DNA of 62,066 nucleotides, counting the filler. It is 5 parts of 5 records of this genome, joined end to end, with 100 filler letters (N's around TTAATTAATTAA, not from the genome) between each part and the next. Parts side by side here need not be neighbours in the genome. Positions count along the whole stretch, not along the records: positions 38,590 to 54,330 come from DRR723986_7727; 4 more parts are not named here. One strand, written 5' to 3'. Under the pieces are notes generated by a model that searched no databases, had not been told where the DNA came from, and saw only the letters and a list, made by a program, of their open reading frames with translations. The first letter of the stretch is position 1. Every line of letters begins with the position of its first letter. The position numbers and the translations under genes are program-made. Below are positions 40,870 through 52,056 of this stretch, in pieces.

Positions 40870-42084
40870 TTAAAATATCGTCCCTGATCCAATACTTTCC
40901 TCTCCATCATACCAAGCTACAAACTGGCCAGAAGCTACTCCTTTTTGAGGTTGATCAAAGATGATATAGAGGCCATTTTCTTTTTGAATCAATGTTGCTC
41001 CACTTAGCGGTTGACGATAGCGAATGCGAGCATCATACCTTCTGGACTCACCAACGTTTAGTTTCAAGTCCTCGCGGATCCAGTGGATGTCTTCAGTCTT
41101 CACAAATAAACCATCACGAAGTAGTCCGGGATGGGTTTCTCCCAATCCTGTATAAATCACATTTTCTTGTGTATCGGTTGAAATCACAAACAAAGGCTTT
41201 CCTGTCCCACCGACGTGTAGCCCTTTTCTTTGGCCAACAGTGAAATAGTGGGCACCGTTATGTTCACCCAAAACTTTTCCTTGATCTTGAGAATAGTGAG
41301 TTGGAAGAGAAATCGCATCCAAGGTCTCCTGATCGTAGTCTTCTGGAGCAATTCCAGCTGGAATTAGTTGATTTTGATAGATTGCCAAGTCTTCCGGAAT
41401 TTGTATGATCTTACCTTTTTTAGGTTTCAGTTGTTGCTGTAAAAAGTCCGGTAACCTCACTTTTCCAATAAAGCAAAGTCCCTGACTGTCCTTTTTATCG
41501 GCAGTGATCAAGTCCATTTCTTTGGCTTTTGCCCGGACATCAGGCTTCTGCATGTGTCCAATAGGGAAGAGTGCTTTGGCTAACTGACTTTGGTTCAATT
41601 GGCACAGAAAATAACTCTGATCCTTATTGGGATCGGCTCCTGCAAGCAGCTGATAGGCTGTTTTTCCATCAGCTCCTATGGTTTCGCCTTTCTGGCAATA
41701 GTGACCAGTAGCCACGAAATCAGCCTTAAGCTTTTCGGCAGCTTTTAGAAAAATATCGAATTTGATTTCTCTATTGCAAAGAATATCAGGATTGGGAGTT
41801 CTGCCGGCTTTGTATTCTGCAAACATATAATCCACGATTCTATCCTTGTATTCTTCACTGAGATCTATAGCTTGAAATGGAATTCCCAGCTTTTCTGCCA
41901 CCAGCATTGCGTCGGTGGAATCTTCCATCCATGGACATTCATTGGAAATTGTGACAGATTCATCGTGCCAGTTCTTCATGAACATCCCGATGACTTCGTA
42001 GCCTTGCTCGATGAGTAGGTGAGCGGCGACGGAACTATCGACCCCTCCGGAGAGGCCGACTACTACTCTTGGTCTTGTCTTCAT
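40870..42084 (-). CDS. mnmA: tRNA 2-thiouridine(34) synthase
   Basis: [27 protein letters not shown] and DSQGLCF. Confidence 0.97.
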   Translation of the reverse strand: MKTRPRVVVGLSGGVDSSVAAHLLIEQGYEVIGMFMKNWHDESVTISNECPWMEDSTDAMLVAEKLGIPFQAIDLSEEYKDRIVDYMFAEYKAGRTPNPDILCNREIKFDIFLKAAEKLKADFVATGHYCQKGETIGADGKTAYQLLAGADPNKDQSYFLCQLNQSQLAKALFPIGHMQKPDVRAKAKEMDLITADKKDSQGLCFIGKVRLPDFLQQQLKPKKGKIIQIPEDLAIYQNQLIPAGIAPEDYDQETLDAISLPTHYSQDQGKVLGEHNGAHYFTVGQRKGLHVGGTGKPLFVISTDTQENVIYTGLGETHPGLLRDGLFVKTEDIHWIREDLKLNVGESRRYDARIRYRQPLSGATLIQKENGLYIIFDQPQKGVASGQFVAWYDGEESIGSGTIF

Positions 42085-42170
42085 GCGCTGTAATAAGTAA
42101 TGGATTCAAGGTCCATTAGGTTACAATGAGTGTAGAACAACATTTAATTAGAAAATGGTTCTGCTTCGCG

Positions 42171-42178
42171 CAAAGTTA
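42171..42178 (-). promoter_or_regulatory. Bacteroidota -7 promoter element
   Basis: TAACTTTG (TAnnTTTG consensus) upstream of mnmA. Confidence 0.6.
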
Positions 42179-42220
42179 AGGGAAATCTACTGTTCTCTGA
42201 TTTGTTTAAAGTACTCAAAC

Positions 42221-42250
42221 AAAAAAGTCGTTCGTAATGATACGAACGAC
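42221..42250 (-). terminator. intrinsic terminator of the serine hydrolase gene
   Basis: GTCGTTCGTA-N4-TACGAACGAC perfect 10-bp stem, T6 on the minus strand. Confidence 0.85.
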
Positions 42251-42319
42251 GGCAAGAGAAATGTAATGAGCAAAGATTTTATAACGATCCTGATGACTTG
42301 AACGGTGGGTTAGCTGATT

Positions 42320-43597
42320 TTAATTAGAGACGCTAGGCTGATATTTGCCATATACAGCATCTTTAAACTTCTTATGAAGCTTGATCTGATCGTAAGGAAA
42401 AAGCTGGACGAACAGGACAGCTGTGATTTCATTCACTGGATCCACCCAGAACAGTGTACTGGCAGCCCCATCCCAAAAGAATTCACCAACCGTTCCATTA
42501 ATCTCCTCAGCACTTTTTGGCGGTGCAACTCGTACTGCGAAGTCAATTCCAAACCCTACATTCCCCTTGCTTGGAAGCCAGGATCTTTCGGTAACTGAAT
42601 CAGGAAGTTGATTTTTGCTCATTAGTTCTACCGTTTCTGGATTGAGGATTCTAGCTCCCCCAAATTCCCCTTTGTGGACCAACATTCTGGCAAAAGTCAT
42701 GTAATCATCCAAAGTAGAAGTAAATCCAAATCCACCTGGAGTAAGAGGCCATTCATTTATATTGAATTTATGGGCTTCCTCATTTGGCATTTGCTCGAGT
42801 TGACCTTCACCGGTTCTTCTATAGGAAGCAGACATTCTTGCTCTGTCCGATTCAGGAACGAAATATCTTGTGTCGTTCATTTTAAGTGGATCAAGAACAT
42901 GAGTTTGTACATATTCTTTATAGGGAACTCCAGCTATTCTTTCTACCAAAAAAGCTTGAACATCTACGGATTGACCATATTCCCATTGAGTTCCTGGCTG
43001 GAACCAAAGCGGTATTTCACCTATTCTTTTGGCCATTGCGTTCAAATCGATCTCAAAACTTCTTGGGTCTTTTTCTGCCAAAATCTCACTCAAACCAGGA
43101 ATATCAGCTCGGTTTGGAAAGCCAGCTGTATGACGGGTGATATCACGGATAGTAACTGGTCTGGCTGCATCTACGAGTTTGATGTTTCCATTTTTATCTA
43201 CACCGTCATACACTTTCATATCAGCAAACTCAGGTGCGTACTTTGAAAGCGGATCATCCAACTGGAATTTACCCTCTTCGTAAAGTGTCATTAATGCCGT
43301 GCCAGTGATCGGCTTAGTCATGGAATAGATCTGCACAATCGTATTTCTATCCATTTTTACCTGATTTTCCCGATCCGCATAGCCAAATGCATTGTAATAA
43401 ACCTCCTGGTCTTTTTCAAAAATCAAGGCAGAGACTCCGGCTAGATTCCCGCTTTCTACGAAGCTGGATAGGGTAGAGTCAATTCTTGCCCGGACCTGCT
43501 CATTTACTAGGAGAGTTTCAGTGGTGTTTTCTGAATTCTTTTTCTCACAACTTGAAAAAATTAAGATCGCAAAGGCATAGAGGAATAGATGTTTCAT
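42320..43597 (-). CDS. serine hydrolase, beta-lactamase/family VIII esterase fold, lipoprotein
   Basis: Lipobox FSSC, SMTK (SxxK), PGTQWEYG and WDGAAST. Confidence 0.88.
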   Translation of the reverse strand: MKHLFLYAFAILIFSSCEKKNSENTTETLLVNEQVRARIDSTLSSFVESGNLAGVSALIFEKDQEVYYNAFGYADRENQVKMDRNTIVQIYSMTKPITGTALMTLYEEGKFQLDDPLSKYAPEFADMKVYDGVDKNGNIKLVDAARPVTIRDITRHTAGFPNRADIPGLSEILAEKDPRSFEIDLNAMAKRIGEIPLWFQPGTQWEYGQSVDVQAFLVERIAGVPYKEYVQTHVLDPLKMNDTRYFVPESDRARMSASYRRTGEGQLEQMPNEEAHKFNINEWPLTPGGFGFTSTLDDYMTFARMLVHKGEFGGARILNPETVELMSKNQLPDSVTERSWLPSKGNVGFGIDFAVRVAPPKSAEEINGTVGEFFWDGAASTLFWVDPVNEITAVLFVQLFPYDQIKLHKKFKDAVYGKYQPSVSN

Positions 43598-43791
43598 AGG
43601 TTTGAATTTTGGGATTAGGTAATTGATTGTTTAAATCCAATCAGATAGAAAAATACGAAAAAACAAACGGCAGACGAAACAGTAATTAATAGCTGTTGAT
43701 TTTGCTCAGGCTGATAAAAACACGTTTATCCAAGGAGTGAGAATGTAAGGCGTTGCGCTTTCTTACTGCGATTTTGAGTTAAGTCAAAATC

Positions 43792-44466
43792 TTACAACTT
43801 AAAATCCTCTTCCCAGAACTTGAAACCGCCTTTGAAGGCATTTTCATTTGTACCCAATCTACATCCCTCAGGAATTGTCGTTAATAATTTTGAATTTCCA
43901 CCGCCTAATAAAACGTCATCAGGTTGAAATGCTGCTCTGAAATATTCCACGGTTTTTAGCACGTTTTTCTCCCATCGTTTAGATCCGCTCTTCGTCAGAT
44001 ATTCCTTTCCAACATATTCTTCGAAGGTCTTTTTCTTGAAAGGAAGATGTCCGCCTTCTAAGGGTAAAATCGTATTGTGAATGACCATGGCGGTGCCTAA
44101 TCCAGTTCCGAAGCCTAAGAAGAGTAACTTTTTACCTTCGTAACTACCAAGAGCCTGCATGGCTGCATCATTTATAAATTTAATAGGGCAGTTAAATGCA
44201 GCCTGAAAGTCAAATTTGTTCCAGCCCTCTCCAAGGTTCACTGGCTCGGATACTATCTTGTTTTCTTTGACTACTCCCGGAAAACCCATTGTGATCCTGT
44301 CGTATTCCCATTCGGAGGCGTTTTCTTTAACTAGTTCCACCATTTGTTCAGGAGAAAAATCTGAGCCTGAAGGAATTTTTATGCGTTCTGCAGCACCTGT
44401 TGCAAGTATTTTGACATTAGAACCGCCAATATCAATGACAAGAGTTTTCGGGTTGTTTTTTTTCAT
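43792..44466 (-). CDS. ROK family kinase (polyphosphate glucokinase-like)
   Basis: IDIGGSNVK, INDAAMQALG, GTGLGTA and EGGHLP. Confidence 0.85.
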   Translation of the reverse strand: MKKNNPKTLVIDIGGSNVKILATGAAERIKIPSGSDFSPEQMVELVKENASEWEYDRITMGFPGVVKENKIVSEPVNLGEGWNKFDFQAAFNCPIKFINDAAMQALGSYEGKKLLFLGFGTGLGTAMVIHNTILPLEGGHLPFKKKTFEEYVGKEYLTKSGSKRWEKNVLKTVEYFRAAFQPDDVLLGGGNSKLLTTIPEGCRLGTNENAFKGGFKFWEEDFKL

Positions 44467-44715
44467 CCACTGAAACTAAATATAAATGTTTACTTACCGA
44501 AGAAGAAATTGATTCAATTCTGAATTTTTGATAAGAATTAGCATTTTGATAAAACAAATTAAATATTGGACTGATTTGATTTTTCTTCAATCAAATGCTG
44601 TGATCTCTCAATTCTTACTTTAAATTACAAGTAATACCAGCGCCCAGATAACCCAAATCATTTTTGACCACGTCATGATTTGAATCTTTTTGAAACAGCA
44701 TATTAAACCTATCCT

Positions 44716-47700
44716 ATGTCTATCAAAGTTGCCATACGGCATTATACCAAGTACGAATACGAAAAGAATATAAGTTTGGGGCCTCAGGTGATCCGTTTGC
44801 GACCTGCTCCACACTCACGCACACATATCAAAGGTTATTCTTTGAACATCAAACCAGAAAATCACTTTATCAATTGGCAGCAGGATCCTTTTGGCAATTA
44901 CTTGGCTAGGATTGTTTTTCCTGAAAAGGTCAAATATTTTGAAATTGATGTGGAAGTAATCGCTGATATGGTGGTGATAAATCCCTTTGATTTTTTTGTG
45001 GAAGATTATGCTGATAAGTTTCCATTTGAGTACGATGAGAGTGTAAAGAAGCAGCTGGGCCCATATTTGGAGATCAAAGAATCGGACCCGCTTTTGATGA
45101 AATTGGTAGATAGGGCCAAAGCTTTGATGACTAAGGATATCATCACGGTGGATTATCTGGTAGCGATCAACACTATGATCAATCAGGAATTGCGCTATAA
45201 TGTGCGAATGGAGCCAGGTGTGCAATCTTGTGAAGAATCATTGACTTTGGGATCAGGCTCTTGCCGTGATTTTGCATGGTTATTTGTACAGGTTTTGCGA
45301 CATGTGGGATTGGCATCAAGATTTGCTTCTGGTTACTTAGTTCAGTTGAAATCGGATGAGAAATCATTGGATGGTCCATCTGGTCCGGAAGAGGATTTTA
45401 CCGATTTACACGCTTGGACGGAAGTTTATGTGCCGGGAGCTGGCTGGATAGGATTGGATTCCACTTCTGGATTGTTTGCAGGGGAGGGGCATATACCATT
45501 GGCTTGTACACCAAGTCCTCAGGATGCAGCACCTATTACAGGCATGGCTGAACTTGCGGAGACTGAGTTTTTCTTCAAAAATGAAGTGACTCGAATAGAA
45601 GAAACACCTCGGGTGACTAAACCTTATTCTGAAGAGCAGTGGCAAAAAATACTGTCAGTAGGAGATAAGGTGGATGAGGATTTAGAAGCAAATGACGTGC
45701 GGCTGACCATGGGAGGTGAGCCTACTTTTGTGTCTGTAGATAATCAGGATGCTCCTGAATGGAATACAGACGCTGATGGCGAGCACAAGCGGAGTTTATC
45801 CAATATACTTTTTCACAAGCTAAAAGGAGAGTTCGGTAACGGAGCTTTGATGCAATATGGTCAAGGAAAATGGTATCCCGGAGAGCCTTTGCCTAGGTGG
45901 AAATTAGCTTGTTTCTGGCGAAAGGATGGTATTCCGATGTGGAAAAATGATGCGTTGATGGCTGATTTGTCAAAGGATTACAAGCTGACCCACAAAAAGT
46001 CAAAGACTTTCATCAATAATCTGGTCAAAGAACTAAATGTAGATCCGCTCAATATTACTCCTTTATACGAAGACCCTTTTTACTTTATCTGGCAGGAGGG
46101 AAAAGTCCCTGTGAATATCAACCCTGCAAAATATAACCTCAAATCTTCTTTAGAGCGGCAAAAGTTAGCCAAGCTTCTCAAAAAAGGACTGGGAAAGCCT
46201 GTGGGCTATTCGATTCCATTGGAGTGGGAATATGATCAAAATAGATGGCAAAGTTGTCGCTGGAAATTCCGTTCTAAAGAACTTTATCTAGTACCAGGGA
46301 ATTCTCCTGCAGGTTTGAGATTGCCCTTGGACTCCATTGAACATACGGATCCAAAAGATGAGCCAATCAAGCCACAGAATGATTTGTTTGCTGAAGTCGG
46401 TGCACTTCCTTCTAAAACACGTTCTAAAGCGGCCAAACTTAAGCCTATCAATTCCAAGCGGATTTTCAAGACGACTTTGGTGGCGGAAGTTAGAGAGGGA
46501 AAACTTTTCGTATTCTTACCTCCTGTATCTTACTTAGAGCATTACCTGGATTTGGTAAATGCGATAGAAAGGGCCGCTCAGAAGCTCAAAGTACCGATTC
46601 TAATCGAAGGATACGATCCTCCTTCGGATAAGCGTATAGAAAAAATGATGATTACTCCAGATCCTGGGGTAATTGAAGTGAATGTACAGCCTGCAAAAAG
46701 CTGGAAAGAGGTGACACATAATTACGAAGTGCTTTATGAAAAAGCCCGTGAATCCCGTCTCATTTCTGAAAAATTCAATGTAGATGGAAAGCATACCGGC
46801 ACAGGTGGGGGAAATCACATTACGCTTGGAGGTTCCTCGCCTGAAAACAGTCCTTTGCTGAGAAGGCCTGATGTGTTGAAGAGTTTTATCACGTATTGGC
46901 AACATCACCCTGCATTATCCTATTTATTTTCTACTCAATTTATTGGTCCAACTAGTCAGGCTCCAAGAGTAGATGAAGGACGAGATGATATGCTTTATGA
47001 GTTGGAATTGGCTTTCCAGCAAGTTCCCAATGGTACTGAAAATGAGATCCCATTCTGGATGGTAGATCGGATTTTCAGAAACTTGCTGGTTGATATTACC
47101 GGAAATACACATCGAGCTGAGTTTTGCATTGACAAGCTTTATTCTCCCGATTCCAGTAGTGGTCGCTTGGGTATTTTGGAATTCAGAGGCTTTGATATGC
47201 CGCCGCATTATCGGATGAGCATGGTGCAGTTGCTTTTAATCCGGGCCTTGATGAGCTGGTTTTGGAAACAGCCATACGATCACAAACTCGTGCGATGGGG
47301 GACTTCATTGCATGACAAATTCTTGCTTCCACACTATTGTGAAAAGGACATGCTGGAAGTGGTCAATGATCTAAAAGGGGCTGGTTATGATTTTAATATT
47401 GCTTGGTTTGACCCATTCTTCTCCTTCCGTTTTCCTTTTATTGGAGAGCTTCAATCGGATGATATTCATATAGATATGAAGATGGCGATCGAGCCTTGGC
47501 ATGTGTTGGGAGAGGAGATGTCGAGCTCCGGAACAGCTCGATATGTAGATTCTTCATTGGAAAGGTTACAAGTCAAAATCACAGGCTTGACTGATTCCAG
47601 ATATCATTTGCTTTGTAATGGATATAGAATTCCACTGAAAAATACGGGAGTGCAAGGCGAGTTTGTAGCGGGAATCCGCTATCGGGCTTGGCAGCCTTTT

Positions 47701-48060
47701 TCTGCGTTGCACCCTACAATAGGGATTGATACTCCATTAGTGATTGACTTGTATGATACTTGGACAAAGAAATCTGTGGCAGCCTGCCAGTATCATGTAG
47801 TGCATCCAGGAGGTAGGAGTTATGATAATTTCCCGATTAACAGCAACGAGGCTGAAGCGCGGAGAATTTCCCGATTCTTTGATTTTGGCCATACAATTAC
47901 GCCTACACCAAATGAAGCAAAGACTGCTGTACAAGAAGACCATAAATCGGGTCGTTACATTACTAAATCAGAAGGCCAAAGACACTATGAAGCGACTGCT
48001 GAGATTATTAATCCTGAATTTCCCTATACTATGGATCTCAGGCGGTATAAAAAACGATAA
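44716..48060 (+). CDS. transglutaminase fused to DUF2126 (putative amidoligase) domain
   Basis: Triad GSCRD, DLHAW, GLD; then LTMGGEPTF, TPDPGVIEVN, GTGGGNH and GNTHRAEFCIDKLY. Confidence 0.92.
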   Translation: MSIKVAIRHYTKYEYEKNISLGPQVIRLRPAPHSRTHIKGYSLNIKPENHFINWQQDPFGNYLARIVFPEKVKYFEIDVEVIADMVVINPFDFFVEDYADKFPFEYDESVKKQLGPYLEIKESDPLLMKLVDRAKALMTKDIITVDYLVAINTMINQELRYNVRMEPGVQSCEESLTLGSGSCRDFAWLFVQVLRHVGLASRFASGYLVQLKSDEKSLDGPSGPEEDFTDLHAWTEVYVPGAGWIGLDSTSGLFAGEGHIPLACTPSPQDAAPITGMAELAETEFFFKNEVTRIEETPRVTKPYSEEQWQKILSVGDKVDEDLEANDVRLTMGGEPTFVSVDNQDAPEWNTDADGEHKRSLSNILFHKLKGEFGNGALMQYGQGKWYPGEPLPRWKLACFWRKDGIPMWKNDALMADLSKDYKLTHKKSKTFINNLVKELNVDPLNITPLYEDPFYFIWQEGKVPVNINPAKYNLKSSLERQKLAKLLKKGLGKPVGYSIPLEWEYDQNRWQSCRWKFRSKELYLVPGNSPAGLRLPLDSIEHTDPKDEPIKPQNDLFAEVGALPSKTRSKAAKLKPINSKRIFKTTLVAEVREGKLFVFLPPVSYLEHYLDLVNAIERAAQKLKVPILIEGYDPPSDKRIEKMMITPDPGVIEVNVQPAKSWKEVTHNYEVLYEKARESRLISEKFNVDGKHTGTGGGNHITLGGSSPENSPLLRRPDVLKSFITYWQHHPALSYLFSTQFIGPTSQAPRVDEGRDDMLYELELAFQQVPNGTENEIPFWMVDRIFRNLLVDITGNTHRAEFCIDKLYSPDSSSGRLGILEFRGFDMPPHYRMSMVQLLLIRALMSWFWKQPYDHKLVRWGTSLHDKFLLPHYCEKDMLEVVNDLKGAGYDFNIAWFDPFFSFRFPFIGELQSDDIHIDMKMAIEPWHVLGEEMSSSGTARYVDSSLERLQVKITGLTDSRYHLLCNGYRIPLKNTGVQGEFVAGIRYRAWQPFSALHPTIGIDTPLVIDLYDTWTKKSVAACQYHVVHPGGRSYDNFPINSNEAEARRISRFFDFGHTITPTPNEAKTAVQEDHKSGRYITKSEGQRHYEATAEIINPEFPYTMDLRRYKKR

Positions 48061-48100
48061 TTGTTTATTATTTCACCTGCAATAAGTTCATTTTTGCGAT

Positions 48101-50641
48101 ATGATTGAGTCTTATCTTATTGACAAAATGTTCAATAATGCGCCATTTTTGGATGAAATGGCAACCGACCAAGGTAAAATCCATCCTCATTGGGAGAAAA
48201 TTGCCAAATATTACGATCAGATAGGAACTGAACGTATGGGGCAATTTCATGAGGAGGTTGGTCGTCAATTACGTGAAAATGGCGTGACTTACAATGTCTA
48301 TGGTGATCCCAATGGGATGAATAGACCGTGGATGTTGGATCCTGTTCCTATGGTATTCAGTAATGAAGAGTGGGAAGGAATAGAGAAAGGCTTACTTCAG
48401 AGATCAGAACTTTTGAATCTGATTTTAAGTGATTTATATGGAGATCAGACCTTGATAAAGGAGGGGCGTATTCCTTTTGAATTGATCTATAATCACGGAG
48501 GTTTTTTGCGACAAGCACATAACATCAAGTTAGATGGTGAGCAGCAACTTATCCAGTACTCTTCCGATCTAGCTCGTGGTCCAAATGGCAAAATGTGGGT
48601 GCTTCACGATAGAACAGATGCTCCTTCTGGTTCTGGATATACTTTTGAAAATAGAGCAGCAATGACACGGGTTTTTCCTGATCTAATCCGTGAAAATCAT
48701 GCCCGTAAAATCACCTCCTATTATCAAACGTTCAAAAACACACTAAGTAATTTAACTACTAACAATAAGGAAAACCCTAGGGTAGTTTTGCTTTCGCCCG
48801 GCCCTACTAACGAGACCTTTTTTGAGCATGCCTACATTTCTTCCTTTATGGGATTTACCCTTGCTTTTGGAGAAGACCTCACCGTAAGTGATGGTTACGT
48901 GTGGCTGAAGACTATTAAAGGCCTAGAGAAAGTAGATGTAATTATCAGGAGAGTTGATGATGTTTTTTGTGATCCTCTGGAGTTGAAAAATGACTCTCAC
49001 TTGGGAGTAGTAGGATTGATGGAGGCCGTGCGACAGCGAAAAGTATTGGTGATTAATCCATTAGGGTGCAGGGTATTAGAGAATCCTGGCTTAATGGCAT
49101 TCTTGCCGAAAATTAGTAGGCATTTGCTGGGGCAGGATTTGATTTTGCCTTCAGTTGCAACTTGGTGGTGCGGTCAGCCAACTGAGATGAAATATGTGTT
49201 TGAGCATATTGAATCTTTAGTGATTCGAAATATCTATCGAGGTACACACAAGAAATCTGTTTTTGGTGGTAACCTTAGCAAGGTGGAAATAGAAAACTTA
49301 AAACGGGAAATCAAAAGTAGCCCTTACATGTTTGTGGGGCAGGAAATGGTTGATTTTTCTACCACACCTTCTTGGATTAACAATAAGCTGGTAGCTAGAA
49401 ATGCTGTATTTCGAAGTTATGTAGTTGCTGACACTGAAAATAAAAACTATAAAGTGATGCCTGGTGGCTTATCGAGGAGTTCTCCTGAGAAGGGGGCTTT
49501 TTTGGTTTCAAATCAAACAGGAGGAATCAGCAAGGATACTTGGGTTTTAGGTAAAGGAAAAGAAGTACCTGCGCCAGTTGCCAAAGCGATTAAAATCCAG
49601 CCTTTGGTAAGAAATGTACTCCCAAGTCGCACTGGCGAACGATTATTTTGGCTAGGAAGGTATTTGGAACGCTCAGCCTATTCGGTACGCTTGATGCGAA
49701 TGACGCTTCTTTCATACAATGAAGCGGATGAAGATATTCATGTTCATGAGAATCCAGTTTTAAGCACTTTGCTTCAAACGCTCACCGTCATGACTGGGAC
49801 AATGCCAGGGTTTACGACTAAAAAGAATTTGAAAAATCCAGAGGCTCAGTTACTGGCTTTGGTACACGACGTAAAGAAACCTGGAAGCCTGGCCTATTCA
49901 ATCCAGTCTTTTCTTACCAATGCATATGCTGTAAGAGATAGATTGAGTTTGGATACGTGGAGAATTCTGGACAATATTTCCGAAGAACTTACTAAGATGC
50001 GGGATTCTGACACCACCTTAATGCAAGCTTATCAAAGCTTAGATAACATGGTGGTGAAATTAATGGCTTTTTACGGATTGAATATTGATAACATGACCCG
50101 AGAGCCGACTTGGCATTTGCTAAATATTGGAAGATTTATAGAGTCTGCGTCTAACAACTGTCTGATCCTAAAAGGAATGTTAACCAAGTCTTTTGATTCT
50201 GAGTCAAACAAAGAGTTGATGGAGGATACACTACGCTGCAATGAAAGTTTGGTGACTTACAGATATCGCTATCGTTCTAATCTGGAGATGCATGGTGTTT
50301 TGAGTCTATTGATTTTGCATGAGGATAACCCCAGATCATTGATATACCAGCTGTCAGAAATTGATAATCACTTGAAAACCCTTCCTAATCAAGATGAAAA
50401 GGAGCTTTTTAGCATAGAGCGAAAGAAATTACTTCAAGCTATCACCAAAATCAGGTTATGCGATATTGATGTGATATCTATTCCTAATGTTGTTACTCAG
50501 GAATTTGTGGAGTTGCGCGTGCTGTTGGATGAAATCATTGGGCTATTGCATGAAACTTCGGATTCTATTTATGAAAAATATTTTAGCCATACAGATACCA
50601 GGTACAGTATGATTCAATCTTCTGTTATTCCGGAGATATGA
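48101..50641 (+). CDS. circularly permuted type 2 ATP-grasp protein fused to alpha-E (DUF403) domain
   Basis: APSGSGY..ENR, FEHAY, RRVDD..CDPLEL, MPGGL.R, GG.SKDTWV; alpha-E LPSR.GERLFWLGRYLER. Confidence 0.92.
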   Translation: MIESYLIDKMFNNAPFLDEMATDQGKIHPHWEKIAKYYDQIGTERMGQFHEEVGRQLRENGVTYNVYGDPNGMNRPWMLDPVPMVFSNEEWEGIEKGLLQRSELLNLILSDLYGDQTLIKEGRIPFELIYNHGGFLRQAHNIKLDGEQQLIQYSSDLARGPNGKMWVLHDRTDAPSGSGYTFENRAAMTRVFPDLIRENHARKITSYYQTFKNTLSNLTTNNKENPRVVLLSPGPTNETFFEHAYISSFMGFTLAFGEDLTVSDGYVWLKTIKGLEKVDVIIRRVDDVFCDPLELKNDSHLGVVGLMEAVRQRKVLVINPLGCRVLENPGLMAFLPKISRHLLGQDLILPSVATWWCGQPTEMKYVFEHIESLVIRNIYRGTHKKSVFGGNLSKVEIENLKREIKSSPYMFVGQEMVDFSTTPSWINNKLVARNAVFRSYVVADTENKNYKVMPGGLSRSSPEKGAFLVSNQTGGISKDTWVLGKGKEVPAPVAKAIKIQPLVRNVLPSRTGERLFWLGRYLERSAYSVRLMRMTLLSYNEADEDIHVHENPVLSTLLQTLTVMTGTMPGFTTKKNLKNPEAQLLALVHDVKKPGSLAYSIQSFLTNAYAVRDRLSLDTWRILDNISEELTKMRDSDTTLMQAYQSLDNMVVKLMAFYGLNIDNMTREPTWHLLNIGRFIESASNNCLILKGMLTKSFDSESNKELMEDTLRCNESLVTYRYRYRSNLEMHGVLSLLILHEDNPRSLIYQLSEIDNHLKTLPNQDEKELFSIERKKLLQAITKIRLCDIDVISIPNVVTQEFVELRVLLDEIIGLLHETSDSIYEKYFSHTDTRYSMIQSSVIPEI

Positions 50642-50754
50642 AATCGAGCCTAACTCCAGTATTAATCTGCAGGTTAAACATATTAATGTGTGCTTTTCTC
50701 AAATGAAGTTTGTTAATGGTAGTGCAAAAAAAATAAGAAATTCAGTCTAGACGC

Positions 50755-51648
50755 ATGAAATATAAGGTCACACATATCACTAATTATATCTATGATTTCC
50801 CAGCGGTTCTATGTCATAATTTGATGTTTCAGATTCCGCCTGATCTCCCTTTTCAGAATGTTGAAGAATACTTTTGTGAGATCAGTCCAAAGCCTAGCAC
50901 GGAGATAGAGCGAGTAGATTTTTTTGGAAATAAATACCTTTATTTTTCAGTAGAACGATCGCACAAGAATCTCACAGTGACTTCCAAAAGTGTTGTTGAG
51001 CTATCTTCTCCGGCTTGGGTTTCAATCAAACCTACTGATACTATGCCTTGGGAAAAAGTGGTGGAGTTGCTTCATTCCACAAAGACTTCTACGGATGTTA
51101 GACAATATTATTTGGAGTCAAAACATGTAAACTTCATAGATGGGATAAGTGATTATACCTTAAAATCCTTCACTCCAGGACGTCCTATAATGGAAGCTAT
51201 GCTTGATTTGAATACAAGAATATTCAATGACTTTGCTTTTACTCCGGGATTTTCTGATATCAGTACCCCGCTTGAGAAAGTGTTTAAACACAAAAAGGGA
51301 GTGTGTCAGGATTTTGCACATTTTTCTTTAGCATGCCTGAGGTCAATTGGATTGTCTGCAAGGTATGTAAGTGGGTATCTTGAGACTTTACCACCTCCTG
51401 GCAAGCCTAAAATGATCGGAGCCGACGCATCTCATGCCTGGATTGCTATTTATGTTCCGGGCCATGAATGGATAGAGTTTGATGCAACAAATAACCTTCT
51501 GGTTAATGATAAGCACATTCGTGTTGCCGTAGGGCGTGATTTTGCAGATGTCACACCCTTAAAAGGAATTGTGTACAGTGGTAGTGAGCAGGAGATGAAG
51601 GTGAGTGTAGATGTGAGGAATTTGGAGGAAGAGGTAATCAATGGGTGA
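50755..51648 (+). CDS. transglutaminase family protein
   Basis: MKYKVTHITNY N-domain; GVCQDFAH, ASHAW, FDATN and GRDFADV. Confidence 0.93.
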   Translation: MKYKVTHITNYIYDFPAVLCHNLMFQIPPDLPFQNVEEYFCEISPKPSTEIERVDFFGNKYLYFSVERSHKNLTVTSKSVVELSSPAWVSIKPTDTMPWEKVVELLHSTKTSTDVRQYYLESKHVNFIDGISDYTLKSFTPGRPIMEAMLDLNTRIFNDFAFTPGFSDISTPLEKVFKHKKGVCQDFAHFSLACLRSIGLSARYVSGYLETLPPPGKPKMIGADASHAWIAIYVPGHEWIEFDATNNLLVNDKHIRVAVGRDFADVTPLKGIVYSGSEQEMKVSVDVRNLEEEVING

Positions 51649-52002
51649 TTATCCTCCGGACTTTTTGGCTTTGTACCCTGCGGATTGAAGGACTTGGACT
51701 ATCTTGTCTCTGTGATCACCTTGAATCAGGATTTCTCCGTCTTTAGCAGATCCACCGACACCACATTTGTTTTTGAGCATTTTCCCCAACTCTTTTAAAT
51801 CTTCCTCACTACCTATAAAACCTTCAATTAGCGTGACTTTTTTGCCAGCTCTAGCTTTTTTGTCAAGTAACACTTTTAAGTTTTGCTGATTTGCAGGCAG
51901 TGTATCTTCGTCTTCATCATTTCCAGTTTGAAACTCAAAATCATCGCTAGTAGAATACACGACACCATCTCGTTTTTTCCAATCGTTATTTTTTTTCGCC
52001 AT
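51649..52002 (-). CDS. SUI1-family translation initiation factor (YciH-like)
   Basis: RAGKKVTLI and [23 protein letters not shown]. Confidence 0.92.
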   Translation of the reverse strand: MAKKNNDWKKRDGVVYSTSDDFEFQTGNDEDEDTLPANQQNLKVLLDKKARAGKKVTLIEGFIGSEEDLKELGKMLKNKCGVGGSAKDGEILIQGDHRDKIVQVLQSAGYKAKKSGG

Positions 52003-52056
52003 ATCAAATTAAAATACCCACCCCGAAGAGTAGGTATTCGTTACTAAATTTTTGAA

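Noticed and set aside
42320-43597. Antibiotic-resistance beta-lactamase
   Set aside because: SxxK fold only; the sequence fits the widespread esterase-like serine hydrolases and has no mobile context.
44620-44676. 18-aa hydrophobic peptide MTWSKMIWVIWALVLLVI on the minus strand
   Set aside because: It lies in the divergent promoter region with no supporting signals; chance occurrence is likely.
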